From positions 20,584,001-20,648,000 of the forward strand of contig OZ024764.1 in NCBI GenBank assembly GCA_964016885.1: a DNA stretch of 64,000 bases, written 5' to 3'. Under the pieces are notes generated by a model. The model was not told the origin of the DNA, searched no databases, and saw only the letters and a program-made list of their open reading frames with translations. Origin of the DNA: Eledone cirrhosa (taxonomy: Eukaryota). Position numbers and translations under genes: made by a program. Below, piece by piece: positions 37,490-51,748 of this stretch (positions are counted from its first letter, which is position 1; every line of letters starts with the position of its first letter).

Positions 37490-39740
37490 CTCTCTCAACT
37501 CATCTATGCTTGGTCGTTGATGCACATTGACATTGCACATCCAACGGAGCATACTTGCTTCATCTCTCTCCAGCCGTTGCATATCCTCTGCAGTTGCTGT
37601 CCGTGTCTCACTACCGTGCAGCATCACACATCTCATGCAGGCATCACCAGCCATTCGTTCTTAGAGAGAAACCCTTCTTTGTCAACGGAGGAAGCAGCTC
37701 CCTAAACTTCTTCCAACCCGTCCTTATTCTAGATACTATGGCCTCTGGGCACCCTCCTCCCATGCTAATTTGATCACCTAGATACCGGAAGCTATCAATC
37801 ACTTCTATAGAACCTATCTGCATTGGAAAAAATGTGTCTATCACTGCGACTTCTACTGTCAAATTTCCCTGTACATCTACTGCATATGTAGTTTTCCATA
37901 CCTGTTAGTTTGCCTGCTATCCCACTACATTTCTTGTGTACCCAAAATCTGCATTGTGTACATTATAGAATTTATGCCAGTTCCTTTTCTACATATTGAA
38001 CAAGGCCATTACCCTGATGGAATGACAGTTTTGTCCTCTTTTCTACTCATCAACACTTTAGTCTTAGCTAGGTTCACTCTCAGTCCTCTTGATTCCAACT
38101 GCTGTTGCAATAGCCAGAATTTATTCTCTAGCTCCTCTACTGATTCTGCTATAAGAACCATATCGTCAGCATAGAGAACTTCCCATGGGCACCTAGTCTT
38201 AAACTCCTCTGTTATGACTTGGAGGACTATAATGAACAAGAGCGGGCTGAGGACCGAACCCTGATGTACTCCTGCATCTGTAATTCCTCACTAAACTCCA
38301 TGCCTACCCTCACTTTACTGACAGCACCTCTGTACATAGCTTGCACTGTCTTCACAAACTATTCCTCTACACCTAGTTTCCTTAGGGACCACCAGATGAC
38401 AGATTGGGGTACTCTATCAAAGGCCTTCTCTAGGTCAACAAAAACTAAGTATAGTGGTTTTCTTCTCTAAGAACCTCTCTTGTAGTTGTCTCACTAAGAA
38501 GAGGGCATCTGTTTGACTCTTTCTCTAAGTTGCGCTAGTATTCTTTCTGTCACTTTCATAACCTGATCCATCAGTTTTATACCCCTATAATTACTCCCCT
38601 CCAGAACATCCCCTTTACCTTTACCTCAATTTATGAGAATACTGCTGCACCAGTCTTTGGGTATGACACCACCATATATAGCTTGATTAATGATACGTGC
38701 AACCAGTTTAATTCCTACTTCTCTTGATGCCTTCAGCATCTCAGCAACTATCCCCAACAGTCCAGCGGACTTACCATTTTTCATTTCCTTAATTGGACCC
38801 TATAGTCGTCAATCTCAATAGCTGGTCCTTCTGTTGGGTCTACTGAAGGTAGCTCCCCTCCTATTCATTCTCCACATTCATCAGTCTCTCATAATGACAT
38901 TTCCAGGCCTCCTTTTTTTTGAGAATCAGTGACACTAAGTGCACCAACATCCTGATTTACACTGACACACTGCCTTGCAATGTGGATCACCGCACATCTC
39001 TGATCTCTCCATCGCAGGACATTGGCAAACCTTCTACTCTCAGCCTCCCTGCATGTTAAGTAAACCTGACATCTAGCTTCTCTCTTAGCGGCTGTGAATC
39101 GGTCTCTACCCCTACCATTTTTCCAAGCCTTTTGACTCTAATGGCTCTATCTACCGTGCTGTTCCACCACCAGGCCACCCTCTGTCTGGTTGGAGCTCTG
39201 CTCCAGCCACAAGTTTCTTCAGTAACCTGCAGTAAGTTGTCACGTAAGAAATTCCAGTTATCATCTATGGCATATGACTCTAAATCGTCTTCTTTTTCGT
39301 CATACACATCTTGAAGGGCTTTCCTAAATTTATATTTTAGTGAAAGGTCTTTTAGTTTCCAGTCCTTCCTTTTTTAAACCTTCTTGTATGTCTCTCTTTG
39401 TCTGTTGCTTACTGAGATGTCACTAACGACTAACCTATGTTGGGGGGTTACATTGTTCCCTGGGGTATGCCTTAGTATTTGACACCATCTGTCTCTCTTG
39501 CTACTTAACTAGCAAGAAGTCAATCTGTCTCATGTGCTCACCTGATTGGTAGGTTATTAGGTGGTTGGTAGGTTTCTTGAAGTGTTGCAAATGGTTAGTT
39601 CACTTGCATCACAAAATACAAGAAGCCTCACTCTTTCTTCGTTTCTTGAGCCATAACCATGACCACCATGTACCCCAGTATATCCATCCTGGAACTGTCC
39701 AAAATGACCATTGAAGTCCCCTGCTATTATAACTAGGTCT
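37490..39740 (-). mobile_element. degraded RTE LINE, paralog of 2330-4590
   Basis: Colinear and near-identical to 2330-4580. Confidence 0.88.
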
Positions 39741-42322
39741 CAAAATCTCATAGATTTGATATTATGAGAGATAAAGCATTTACTGTGAAAATATAATAGT
39801 ATATATAGAGTAATGTGAATACTAAAGGGTTAATCTAATGTCACTAATAACTACTTTTATCAGTCAGTATAATCTACTGTCACTAATAACTACTTTTATC
39901 TGTCAGTTTAATCTAATGTCACTAATAACTACTTTTATCAGTCAGCATAATCTAATGTCACTAATAACTACTTTTATCTGTCAGTTTAATCTAATGTCAC
40001 TAATAACTACTTTTATCAGTCAGTTTAATCTAATGTCACTAATAACTACTTTTATCAGTCAGTATAATCTAATGTCACTAATAACTACTTTTATCAGTCA
40101 GTATAATCTAATGTCACTAATAACTACTTTTATCTGTCAGTTTAATCTAATGTCACTAATAACTACTTTTATCAGTCAGTTTAATCTAATGTCACTAATA
40201 ACTACTTTTATCAGTCAGTTTAATCTAATGTCACTAATAACTACTTTTATCTGTCAGTTTAATCTAATGTCACTAATAACTACTTTTATCAGTCAGTATA
40301 ATCTACTGTCACTAATAAGTACTTTTATCTGTCAGTTTAATCTAATGTCACTAATAACTACTTTTATCAGTCAGCATAATCTAATGTCACTAATAACTAC
40401 TTTTATCTGTCAGTTTAATCTAATGTCACTAATAACTACTTTTATCAGTCAGTTTAATCTAATGTCACTAATAACTACTTTTATCAGTCAGTATAATCTA
40501 ATGTCACTAATAACTATTTTTATCAGTCAGTATAATCTAATGTCACTAATAACTACTTTTATCTGTCAGTTTAATCTAATGTCACTAATAACTACTTTTA
40601 TCAGTCAGCATAATCTAATGTCACTAATAACTACTTTTATCAGTCAGTATAATCTAATGTCACTAATAACTACTTTTATCAGTCAGTTTAATCTAATGTC
40701 ACTAATAACTACTTTTATCAGTCAGCATAATCTAATGTCACTAATAACTACTTTTATCTGTCAGTTTAATCTAATGTCACTAATAACTACTTTTATCAGT
40801 CAGTTTAATCTAATGTCACTAATAACTACTTTTATCTGTCAGTTTAATCTAATGTCACTAATAACTACTTTTATCAGTCAGTTTAATCTAATGTCACTAA
40901 TAACTACTTTTATCAGTCAGTTTAATCTAATGTCACTAATAACTACTTTTATCAGTCAGTTTAATCTAATGTCACTAATAACTACTTTTATCAGTCAGTT
41001 TAATCTAATGTCACTAATAACTACTTTTATCAGTCAGTTTAATCTAATGTCACTAATAACTACTTTTATCAGTCAGTTTAATCTAATGTCACTAATAACT
41101 ACTTTTATCAGTCAGTTTAATCTAATGTCACTAATAACTACTTTTATCAGTCAGTTTAATCTAATGTCACTAATAACTACTTTTATCAGTCAGTTTAATC
41201 TAATGTCACTAATAACTACTTTTATCAGTCAGTTTAATCTAATGTCACTAATAACTACTTTTATCTGTCAGTTTAATCTAATGTCACTAATAACTACTTT
41301 TATCAGTCAGTATAATCTACTGTCACTAATAACTACTTTTATCTGTCAGTTTAATCTAATGTCACTAATAACTACTTTTATCAGTCAGTTTAATCTAATG
41401 TCACTAATAACTACTTTTATCAGTCAGTTTAATCTAATGTCACTAATAACTACTTTTATCTGTCAGTTTAATCTAATGTCACTAATAACTACTTTTATCT
41501 GTCAGTTTAATCTAATGTCACTAATAACTACTTTTATCAGTCAGTTTAATCTAATGTCACTAATAACTACTTTTATCAGTCAGTTTAATCTAATGTCACT
41601 AATAACTACTTTTATCAGTCAGTTTAATCTAATGTCACTAATAACTACTTTTATCAGTCAGTTTAATCTAATGTCACTAATAACTACTTTTATCAGTCAG
41701 TTTAATCTAATGTCACTAATAACTACTTTTATCTGTCAGTTTAATCTAATGTCACTAATAACTACTTTTATCAGTCAGTATAATCTACTGTCACTAATAA
41801 CTACTTTTATCTGTCAGTTTAATCTAATGTCACTAATAACTACTTTTATCAGTCAGCATAATCTAATGTCACTAATAACTACTTTTATCTGTCAGTTTAA
41901 TCTAATGTCACTAATAACTACTTTTATCAGTCAGTTTAATCTAATGTCACTAATAACTACTTTTATCAGTCAGTATAATCTAATGTCACTAATAACTACT
42001 TTTATCAGTCAGTATAATCTAATGTCACTAATAACTACTTTTATCTGTCAGTTTAATCTAATGTCACTAATAACTACTTTTATCAGTCAGTTTAATCTAA
42101 TGTCACTAATAACTACTTTTATCTGTCAGTTTAATCTAATGTCACTAATAACTACTAGATTATACTGACTGATAAAAGTAGTTATTAGTGACATTAGATT
42201 AAACTGACAGATAAAAGTAGTTATTAGTGACATTAGATTAAACTGACTGATAAAAGTAGTTATTAGTGACATTAGATTAAACTGACTGATAAAAGTAGTT
42301 ATTAGTGACATTAGATTAAACT

Positions 42323-43084
42323 AAGGCAAAAATTAGAAATAAGAGGGATCAGATGTTGTTTACTCGAGAGAAGGCTACGTTGGTACGGTCACGTGATGCG
42401 CATGAAAGACGACAGCTGTATAACAAAGTGCAGGGCAATAAAGATAGACGGTAGCCACGGAGTAGGCAGACCCAGAAAAACATGGGACGAGCTGATAAAT
42501 TCCGACCTCACACGCTTACACCTCTCCAAGACAATGTCACTGGACCGAGACCTTTGGCGGTACTCAGTAATAGAGAAGACCCGCCTTACCTAAATACAAA
42601 GTAAAAACCTACTACAGTCAGTAGGCACCTCTATCAAAACACACCCCCGTCCATCCACACCGCCCCTTTCAATGTAAAGTTATGTTGGTCCCACAACATC
42701 CAGGCCAAAACAAATGAGATCGTGTAGGTGTCACGACAAAAAACACACAGTCCACGCTGTAAATGTGGCCGTGTAGGCAACACGGTAAAAACCTCCCAGC
42801 CCCACACTGTAAATGTGGTTGGTGTTAGGAAGGGCATCCAGCTGTAGAAAACCCGCCAGACAGTCCACGCTGTAATGTGGCCGTGTAGGCAACACGGTAA
42901 AAACCTCCCAGCCCCACACTGTAAATGTGGTTGGTGTTAGGAAGGGCATCCAACTGTAGAAAACCCGCCAGACAGTCCTATGCGAGCAAGACAACCACTC
43001 TTGCCTCAAGTGGGAAAACCCCCGTCCAAACCCATGCAAGCGTGGAACACGGACGCTAAACCTGATGATGATGATGATGATGAT
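42323..43084 (+). mobile_element. 5'-truncated RTE LINE with (TGA)n tail
   Basis: RRLRWYGHVMRMKDDSCI..GRPRKTW; 3' UTR box duplicated; tgatgatga tail. Confidence 0.92.
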
Positions 43085-45390
43085 CAGTCAGCATAATCTA
43101 ATGTCACTAATAACTACTTTTATCTGTCAGTTTAATCTAATGTCACTAATAACTACTTTTATCAGTCAGTTTAATCTAATGTCACTAATAACTACTTTTA
43201 TCAGTCAGTATAATCTACTGTCACTAATAACTACTTTTATCTGTCAGTTTAATCTAATGTCACTAATAACTACTTTTATCAGTCAGTATAATCTACTGTC
43301 ACTAATAACTACTTTTATCTGTCAGTTTAATCTACTGTCACTAATAACTACTTTTATCTGTCAGTATAATCTAATGTCACTAATAACTACTTTTATCTGT
43401 CAGTTTAATCTAATGTCACTAATAACTACTTTTATCTGTCAGTTTAATCTAATGTCACTAATAACTACTTTTATCAGTCAGTTTAATCTAATGTCACTAA
43501 TAACTACTTTTATCTGTCAGTTTAATCTAATGTCACTAATAACTACTTTTATCAGTCAGTTTAATCTAATGTCACTAATAACTACTTTTATCAGTCAGTA
43601 TAATCTAATGTCACTAATAACTACTTTTATCAGTCAGTATAATCTAATGTCACTAATAACTACTTTTATCTGTCAGTTTAATCTAATGTCACTAATAACT
43701 ACTTTTATCAGTCAGTTTAATCTAATGTCACTAATAACTACTTTTATCAGTCAGTTTAATCTAATGTCACTAATAACTACTTTTATCTGTCAGTTTAATC
43801 TAATGTCACTAATAACTACTTTTATCAGTCAGTATAATCTACTGTCACTAATAAGTACTTTTATCTGTCAGTTTAATCTAATGTCACTAATAACTACTTT
43901 TATCAGTCAGCATAATCTAATGTCACTAATAACTACTTTTATCTGTCAGTTTAATCTAATGTCACTAATAACTACTTTTATCAGTCAGTTTAATCTAATG
44001 TCACTAATAACTACTTTTATCAGTCAGTATAATCTAATGTCACTAATAACTATTTTTATCAGTCAGTATAATCTAATGTCACTAATAACTACTTTTATCT
44101 GTCAGTTTAATCTAATGTCACTAATAACTACTTTTATCAGTCAGCATAATCTAATGTCACTAATAACTACTTTTATCAGTCAGTATAATCTAATGTCACT
44201 AATAACTACTTTTATCAGTCAGTTTAATCTAATGTCACTAATAACTACTTTTATCAGTCAGCATAATCTAATGTCACTAATAACTACTTTTATCTGTCAG
44301 TTTAATCTAATGTCACTAATAACTACTTTTATCAGTCAGTTTAATCTAATGTCACTAATAACTACTTTTATCTGTCAGTTTAATCTAATGTCACTAATAA
44401 CTACTTTTATCAGTCAGTTTAATCTAATGTCACTAATAACTACTTTTATCAGTCAGTTTAATCTAATGTCACTAATAACTACTTTTATCAGTCAGTTTAA
44501 TCTAATGTCACTAATAACTACTTTTATCAGTCAGTTTAATCTAATGTCACTAATAACTACTTTTATCAGTCAGTTTAATCTAATGTCACTAATAACTACT
44601 TTTATCAGTCAGTTTAATCTAATGTCACTAATAACTACTTTTATCAGTCAGTTTAATCTAATGTCACTAATAACTACTTTTATCAGTCAGTTTAATCTAA
44701 TGTCACTAATAACTACTTTTATCTGTCAGTTTAATCTAATGTCACTAATAACTACTTTTATCAGTCAGTATAATCTACTGTCACTAATAACTACTTTTAT
44801 CTGTCAGTTTAATCTAATGTCACTAATAACTACTTTTATCAGTCAGTTTAATCTAATGTCACTAATAACTACTTTTATCAGTCAGTTTAATCTAATGTCA
44901 CTAATAACTACTTTTATCTGTCAGTTTAATCTAATGTCACTAATAACTACTTTTATCTGTCAGTTTAATCTAATGTCACTAATAACTACTTTTATCAGTC
45001 AGTTTAATCTAATGTCACTAATAACTACTTTTATCAGTCAGTATAATCTAATGTCACTAATAACTACTTTTATCAGTCAGTATAATCTAATGTCACTAAT
45101 AACTACTTTTATCTGTCAGTTTAATCTAATGTCACTAATAACTACTTTTATCAGTCAGTTTAATCTAATGTCACTAATAACTACTTTTATCTGTCAGTTT
45201 AATCTAATGTCACTAATAACTACTAGATTATACTGACTGATAAAAGTAGTTATTAGTGACATTAGATTAAACTGACAGATAAAAGTAGTTATTAGTGACA
45301 TTAGATTAAACTGACTGATAAAAGTAGTTATTAGTGACATTAGATTAAACTGACTGATAAAAGTAGTTATTAGTGACATTAGATTAAACT

Positions 45391-46152
45391 AAGGCAAAAA
45401 TTAGAAATAAGAGGGATCAGATGTTGTTTACTCGAGAGAAGGCTACGTTGGTACGGTCACGTGATGCGCATGAAAGACGACAGCTGTATAACAAAGTGCA
45501 GGGCAATAAAGATAGACGGTAGCCACGGAGTAGGCAGACCCAGAAAAACATGGGACGAGCTGATAAATTCCGACCTCACACGCTTACACCTCTCCAAGAC
45601 AATGTCACTGGACCGAGACCTTTGGCGGTACTCAGTAATAGAGAAGACCCGCCTTACCTAAATACAAAGTAAAAACCTACTACAGTCAGTAGGCACCTCT
45701 ATCAAAACACACCCCCGTCCATCCACACCGCCCCTTTCAATGTAAAGTTATGTTGGTCCCACAACATCCAGGCCAAAACAAATGAGATCGTGTAGGTGTC
45801 ACGACAAAAAACACACAGTCCACGCTGTAAATGTGGCCGTGTAGGCAACACGGTAAAAACCTCCCAGCCCCACACTGTAAATGTGGTTGGTGTTAGGAAG
45901 GGCATCCAGCTGTAGAAAACCCGCCAGACAGTCCACGCTGTAATGTGGCCGTGTAGGCAACACGGTAAAAACCTCCCAGCCCCACACTGTAAATGTGGTT
46001 GGTGTTAGGAAGGGCATCCAACTGTAGAAAACCCGCCAGACAGTCCTATGCGAGCAAGACAACCACTCTTGCCTCAAGTGGGAAAACCCCCGTCCAAACC
46101 CATGCAAGCGTGGAACACGGACGCTAAACCTGATGATGATGATGATGATGAT
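45391..46152 (+). mobile_element. second, apparently identical copy of the 5'-truncated RTE
   Basis: Offset of exactly 3068 bp from 42323-43084 with the same junctions. Confidence 0.92.
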
Positions 46153-48350
46153 CAGTCAGCATAATCTAATGTCACTAATAACTACTTTTATCTGTCAGTT
46201 TAATCTAATGTCACTAATAACTACTTTTATCAGTCAGTTTAATCTAATGTCACTAATAAGTACTTTTATCAGTCAGTATAATCTAATGTCACTAATAACT
46301 ACTTTTATCAGTCAGTATAATCTACTGTCACTAATAACTACTTTTATCTGTCAGTTTAATCTAATGTCACTAATAACTACTTTTATCAGTCAGTTTAATC
46401 TAAAGTCACTAATAACTACTTTTATCTGTCAGTATAATCTAATGTCACTAATAACTACTTTTATCTGTCAGTTTAATCTAATGTCACTAATAACTACTTT
46501 TATCTGTCAGTTTAATCTAATGTCACTAATAACTACTTTTATCAGTCAGTTTAATCTAATGTCACTAATAACTACTTTTATCTGTCAGTTTAATCTAATG
46601 TCACTAATAACTACTTTTATCTGTCAGTTTAATCTAATGTCACTAATAACTACTTTTATCTGTCAGTTTAATCTAATGTCACTAATAACTACTTTTATCA
46701 GTCAGTATAATCTAATGTCACTAATAACTACTTTTATCTGTCAGTTTAATCTAATGTCACTAATAACTACTTTTATCTGTCAGTTTAATCTAATGTCACT
46801 AATAACTACTTTTATCAGTCAGTTTAATCTAATGTCACTAATAACTACTTTTATCTGTCAGTTTAATCTAATGTCACTAATAACTACTTTTATCTGTCAG
46901 TTTAATCTAATGTCACTAATAACTACTTTTATCAGTCAGTATAATCTAATGTCACTAATAACTACTTTTATCTGTCAGTTTAATCTAATGTCACTAATAA
47001 CTACTTTTATCTGTCAGTTTAATCTAATGTCACTAATAACTACTTTTATCTGTCAGTTTAATCTAATGTCACTAATAACTACTTTTATCAGTCAGTTTAA
47101 TCTAATCTCACTAATAACTACTTTTATCAGTCAGTATAATCTACTGCCACTAATAACTACTTTTATCAGTCAGTATAATCTACTGCCACTAATAACTACT
47201 TTTATCAGTCAGTTTAATCTAATGTCACTAATAACTACTTTTATCAGTCAGTTTAATCTAATGTCACTAATAACTACTTTTATCAGTCAGTTTAATCTAA
47301 TCTCACTAATAACTACTTTCATAAGTCAGTATAATCTACTGCCACTAATAACTACTTTTATCAGTCAGTATAATCTACTGCCACTAATAACTAACCTATG
47401 TTAGGCAGCACATTCTTCACCAAAGAAGGCCTTAGTATTTATTACAGTCCATTTATCAATATAGAAATATTATATGACATTTGTACTGATGTATTACAAG
47501 TTTCTGAGTATCTTATAATGTTCTTTTATTATTTCAGAATACCAGAGGACATTGGCATTAAAGAGCACGTTACATCAGACATATCCTCAATATTTACCAT
47601 TTCTAAAATATTACCCATCATTTTCAAATAAGTTTGAAAACACTCAACACTTTGAAGGGATTTAATAATATAACTAAATTTCTCAGTATTAAGCTGCTAT
47701 TTGGAACATAACGTTGCACAATTTCATGAAGTTACAATGGAAAGTTTTTAGATAAATATAAAGACTGGTATGAAAATGATAAAACACTTTTATATCAGTT
47801 GTTTCATCAACACCATTATTTAAAGACTAAAGGAAGCTGTTATACAGAACAGATACAACCTTGTTTATATAAATCTATGGGAGAAATACTGGAAAATATT
47901 TCTTGTAAACTCAATAACACTTCTATTCTTTGCTGTCTGGAATATGTAGAAGATACAAAATAAAGCAGAAGAAATTTACACATGATTTTGTAAGATCTTC
48001 ATATATTGACAAAGATGATAGTTGATGGAACTACAGGAGTAGAAATATTTCCATTATTACAGGAATAACTAATCAAATAAAAACCAGAAAAATTAGATTC
48101 TTCGTTTTCTGGAATTTGTACAAAATGGTTTCATATGTATATTAAACTTGAAGCGATCTACAAAACAGTTTGTATCATCTTTAAATATAAAGAAAGACCA
48201 AAGTTGATGTAAATATATCTGGAGGAATATGTTTTAGGAATAATATTATAAACATAAAGAAGAAAAATATCCATATATTGACAGAAGAAAAATATTAAAA
48301 CTGTGAATTATGTGTGAAACTGAGGTCATTGATATCTTTTAGTAGGAGTT

Positions 48351-49802
48351 ATGTCGAAAAATATAGTAAAATCACCATTCCACTGTGATATCTGTGGCAA
48401 ATCATTCTCTCGTAGTAATCAGCTAACTACTCACAAACGTATTCATACAGGAGAGAAGCCTTATAAGTGTGATATCTGTAACAAATCATTCAGTCACAGT
48501 AGTAGCGTCAGAGTTCACAAACAAATTCATACAGGAGAGAAGCCATATCACTGTGACATCTGCGGTAATTCATTCTCTCAGAGTAATCACCTAACTACTC
48601 ACAAATATATTCATACAGGAGAGAAACCATATCATTGTGACATCTGTGGTAAATCATTCTCTCATAGTCATCACCTAACTACTCACAAACATATTCATAC
48701 AGGAGAGAAACCATATCACTGTGACATCTGTGGTAAATCATTCTCTCAGAGTCATCACCTAACTACTCACAAACGTATTCATACAGGAGAGAAACCATAT
48801 CATTGTGACATCTGTGGTAAATCATTCTCTCATAGTAATCACCTAACTACTCACAAACGTATTCATACAGGAGAGAAGCCTTATAAGTGTGATATCTGTA
48901 ACAAATCATTCAGTCACAGTAGTAGCGTCAGAGTTCACAAACAAATTCATACAGGAGAGAAGCCATATCACTGTGACATCTGCGGTAAATCATTCTCTGA
49001 CAGAAGTAGCTTTGTTAAACACCATCGTATTCATACAGGAGAGAAACCATATCACTGTGACATCTGTAGTAAATCATTCTCCTACAGAAGTAGCTTTGTT
49101 AAACACCATCGTATTCATACAGGAGAGAAGCCATATCACTGTGACATCTGTGGTAAATCATTCTCTCAGAGTCATCACCTAACTACTCACAAACGTATTC
49201 ATACAGGAGAGAAGCCATATCATTGTGACATCTGTGGTAAATCATTTTCTCGTAGTCACCTAACTACTCACAAACATATTCATACAGGAGAGAAGCCATA
49301 TCACTGTGAAATCTGTGGTAAATCATTCTCTCATAGTAAAACCTTAACTACCCACAAATGTACTCATACAGGAGGGAGGCCATATCACTGTGATATCTGT
49401 GATAAATCATTCTCTCAGCATAAAACCTTAACTATCCACAAACGTACTCATACAGGAGAGAAGCCATATCACTGTGACATCTGTGGTAAATCATTCTCTC
49501 ATAGTAATACCTTAGCTATCCACAAACGTACTCATACAGGAGAGAAGCCATATCATTGTGACATCTGTGGTAAATCATTCGCTGACAGAACTAGCTTAGC
49601 TACCCACAAACGTACTCATACAGGAGAGAAGCCATATCACTGTGACATCTGTGGTAAATCATTCTCTCATAGTAATACCTTAGCTACCCACAAACGTACT
49701 CATACAGGCGAGAAGCCATATCCCTGTGACATCTGTGGTAAATCATTCAGTCACCGTAGTAACTTAACTACCCACAAACGTACTCATACAGGAGTACTCT
49801 GA
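48351..49802 (+). CDS. C2H2 zinc-finger protein, 17 tandem fingers (ZNF copy 3)
   Basis: 483-aa ORF. Finger 11 is one residue short; the terminal finger was lost by deletion (ORF ends TGVL*). Confidence 0.93.
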   Translation: MSKNIVKSPFHCDICGKSFSRSNQLTTHKRIHTGEKPYKCDICNKSFSHSSSVRVHKQIHTGEKPYHCDICGNSFSQSNHLTTHKYIHTGEKPYHCDICGKSFSHSHHLTTHKHIHTGEKPYHCDICGKSFSQSHHLTTHKRIHTGEKPYHCDICGKSFSHSNHLTTHKRIHTGEKPYKCDICNKSFSHSSSVRVHKQIHTGEKPYHCDICGKSFSDRSSFVKHHRIHTGEKPYHCDICSKSFSYRSSFVKHHRIHTGEKPYHCDICGKSFSQSHHLTTHKRIHTGEKPYHCDICGKSFSRSHLTTHKHIHTGEKPYHCEICGKSFSHSKTLTTHKCTHTGGRPYHCDICDKSFSQHKTLTIHKRTHTGEKPYHCDICGKSFSHSNTLAIHKRTHTGEKPYHCDICGKSFADRTSLATHKRTHTGEKPYHCDICGKSFSHSNTLATHKRTHTGEKPYPCDICGKSFSHRSNLTTHKRTHTGVL

Positions 49803-50865
49803 CAGTAGTACCTTAACCAAGCATGTGTGTATTCATACAGAAGTTTAGCTGTATCAATATCAAACTCATTACATCATACTACAACAACAACAACAATTGT
49901 GTAGATCCATCATCCTGGCTAAAACTGGGGTCAACCTTGTAGGTTTTACCTATGACAGGGATCATAAACAGGTTTCCATTTTTGAAGTAGTGTTTGAAGA
50001 TTTTGTGTAAATTAAAGTTTTTCACATTAAACTTTGATTTATTATACTTTAACAGGTAAGATATATATTTGTATTTTTAGTAAAGGTTGGGAACTTCTGT
50101 AATTTAAACCTGCCAATAAAATGAAAACTTTTGTTGTTGCTAGTCAGACATTGATATTAATTCTATTGTCCTGTACATATATCACAGATTAAACAGATTT
50201 TAACAATAACAACAGAAATCAATAACTTGTAAGCCTAATATCTAGCTTCCATTTTAACTATTTGATATTGTTGTTCCTCTCCTATCTCTTCAGGTCTTTT
50301 AGATTTCAACTTCTATCTACTGTACTATTCCATCACCAAGGCAACATTCATCTTGCTGGCAGCTTACATCAACTACAGATCTCATCAGTGGTGCACAACA
50401 GGCTGTCTGAAAGAAACTTGCAGATATCTTCTATGTCATAGCTATCAATCTCCTCCTCCTTATCATATGTACCACTCTCACAGTCCCTCTAGATCTTATA
50501 TTTAACAGGGAGATCTTTTACTCTCCAACCCTTCTATCTCCAGATAGTCTTGTATCTGTCAGTCCCTCTAGATCTTACACCTAGTATCTAGTCTATGTTG
50601 AGTGGTACGTCCTTCTCCAGTAAAGGAGTTAATATTCCCAACCATCTGTCTATCCTGTTTTCTGATGAGAATGAAGTCAATCTAGTTTATCTCTTCACCT
50701 GATTGAAGTAACTAGATCAAGTAACTAGATGGTTTCCTGTAAGTTAGTGTTGCAGTGTTTGTGTCACCATGTAAGGTTTATATCTATTTTATATAGAGAT
50801 GTAGTAAAGTTTTCACTGTTGTATCTCTATTTTCTAAATATCTTAATGTTTCTCTACTATTTCGG

Positions 50866-51233
50866 AATATCACATGACCTTGACAGAAAAGAGTATTTTA
50901 AAGACAACAGAAAGATGTTACATACAAGTGATATAAACTTGTTTAGTCTGTGGTGAATTATGGTGAAATATTTCTTCTGAATTGTGATAAATAACAACAT
51001 TTTCCTTTTTCACTGTCTGGAATATTTACAAGATGATTTTACATTCTGATTAAACTTTGGATATTTACAAAGGAGTTTTCAAAATATTTGGATATTGACA
51101 AAGATCACATTTGATAAAGTTATGAACAATAGAAATATTTACATCAACATAGGAATATTTTCCAGAAGAGATGGGAAAATCATTATACCACTGTAATATT
51201 TGTGGTAAAGTATTCTCTCTTCTTTATATGTAG
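50866..51233 (+). pseudogene. relic ZNF exon, copy 3, acceptor mutated AG>GG
   Basis: tatttcggaatatc; ATG at 51171 gives MGKSLYHCNICGKVFSLLYM*. Confidence 0.66.
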
Positions 51234-51361
51234 AACATCTAACTAAACACTTTAACTAACAAACTATTGTGCTATAGAATTGACAAACTTGAACAATGTT
51301 TAATAAATGTTACAGATTTCTCCAAACTGTCGTTTACTAACTTTAATTTGAAGCTATATTA

Positions 51362-51748
51362 TCTATATACTACTAAAACTCTGTGATTGTGTCTTGTCCG
51401 TAATTTAATACAGCTAAAACAGTGCATAATGGGGAAATACTTTGAAAAGAATAAAACAAGTTTTGTATAAAATGGAGCACAGGTTCCCAAGATACGGGGT
51501 TTTCTGGGTACCTTCATAAATATAGGGAGAGAAAGAGATAGTGGTTGTGAGAGTGAGGAGACAGATGGAAGAGAGAGAGAGAGAGCTGCTGGTGTTGTTT
51601 AATAAAATGTCTGCGTATATATATATACATATGTGTCTATATATATATATGTCTATATTTTAACTATTTGAACATTATTTTTAAGTGAATATGATTTTAA
51701 AATAATAGTTTTAAGGGAACGTGACCCAACAGGTCGCGGGTGGTCTAG
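51362..51748 (+). mobile_element. non-autonomous Helitron, paralog of 9070-9430
   Basis: A|TC start and CTAG|T end. Confidence 0.78.

Larger units (their letters stand above)
39830..47393 (+). repeat. expanded 39-bp satellite (~60 + ~55 + ~32 forward units), interrupted twice by an inverted block plus RTE
   Basis: Forward arrays 39830-42156, 43085-45224 and 46153-47393; inverted blocks 42157-42322 and 45225-45390. Confidence 0.95.

Noticed and set aside
39838-47404. Long ORFs of 776, 723 and 423 aa (MSLITTFISQFNL)n, also at 5146 and 24967, as repeat proteins
   Set aside because: They result from a 39-bp unit (a multiple of 3) that is stop-free in one frame. The arrays are interrupted by inversions and LINEs, vary widely in length, and lie upstream of a splice acceptor.
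48889-49182. Overlapping alternative-frame ORF within ZNF3
   Set aside because: A common by-product of repetitive finger codons, with no independent support.
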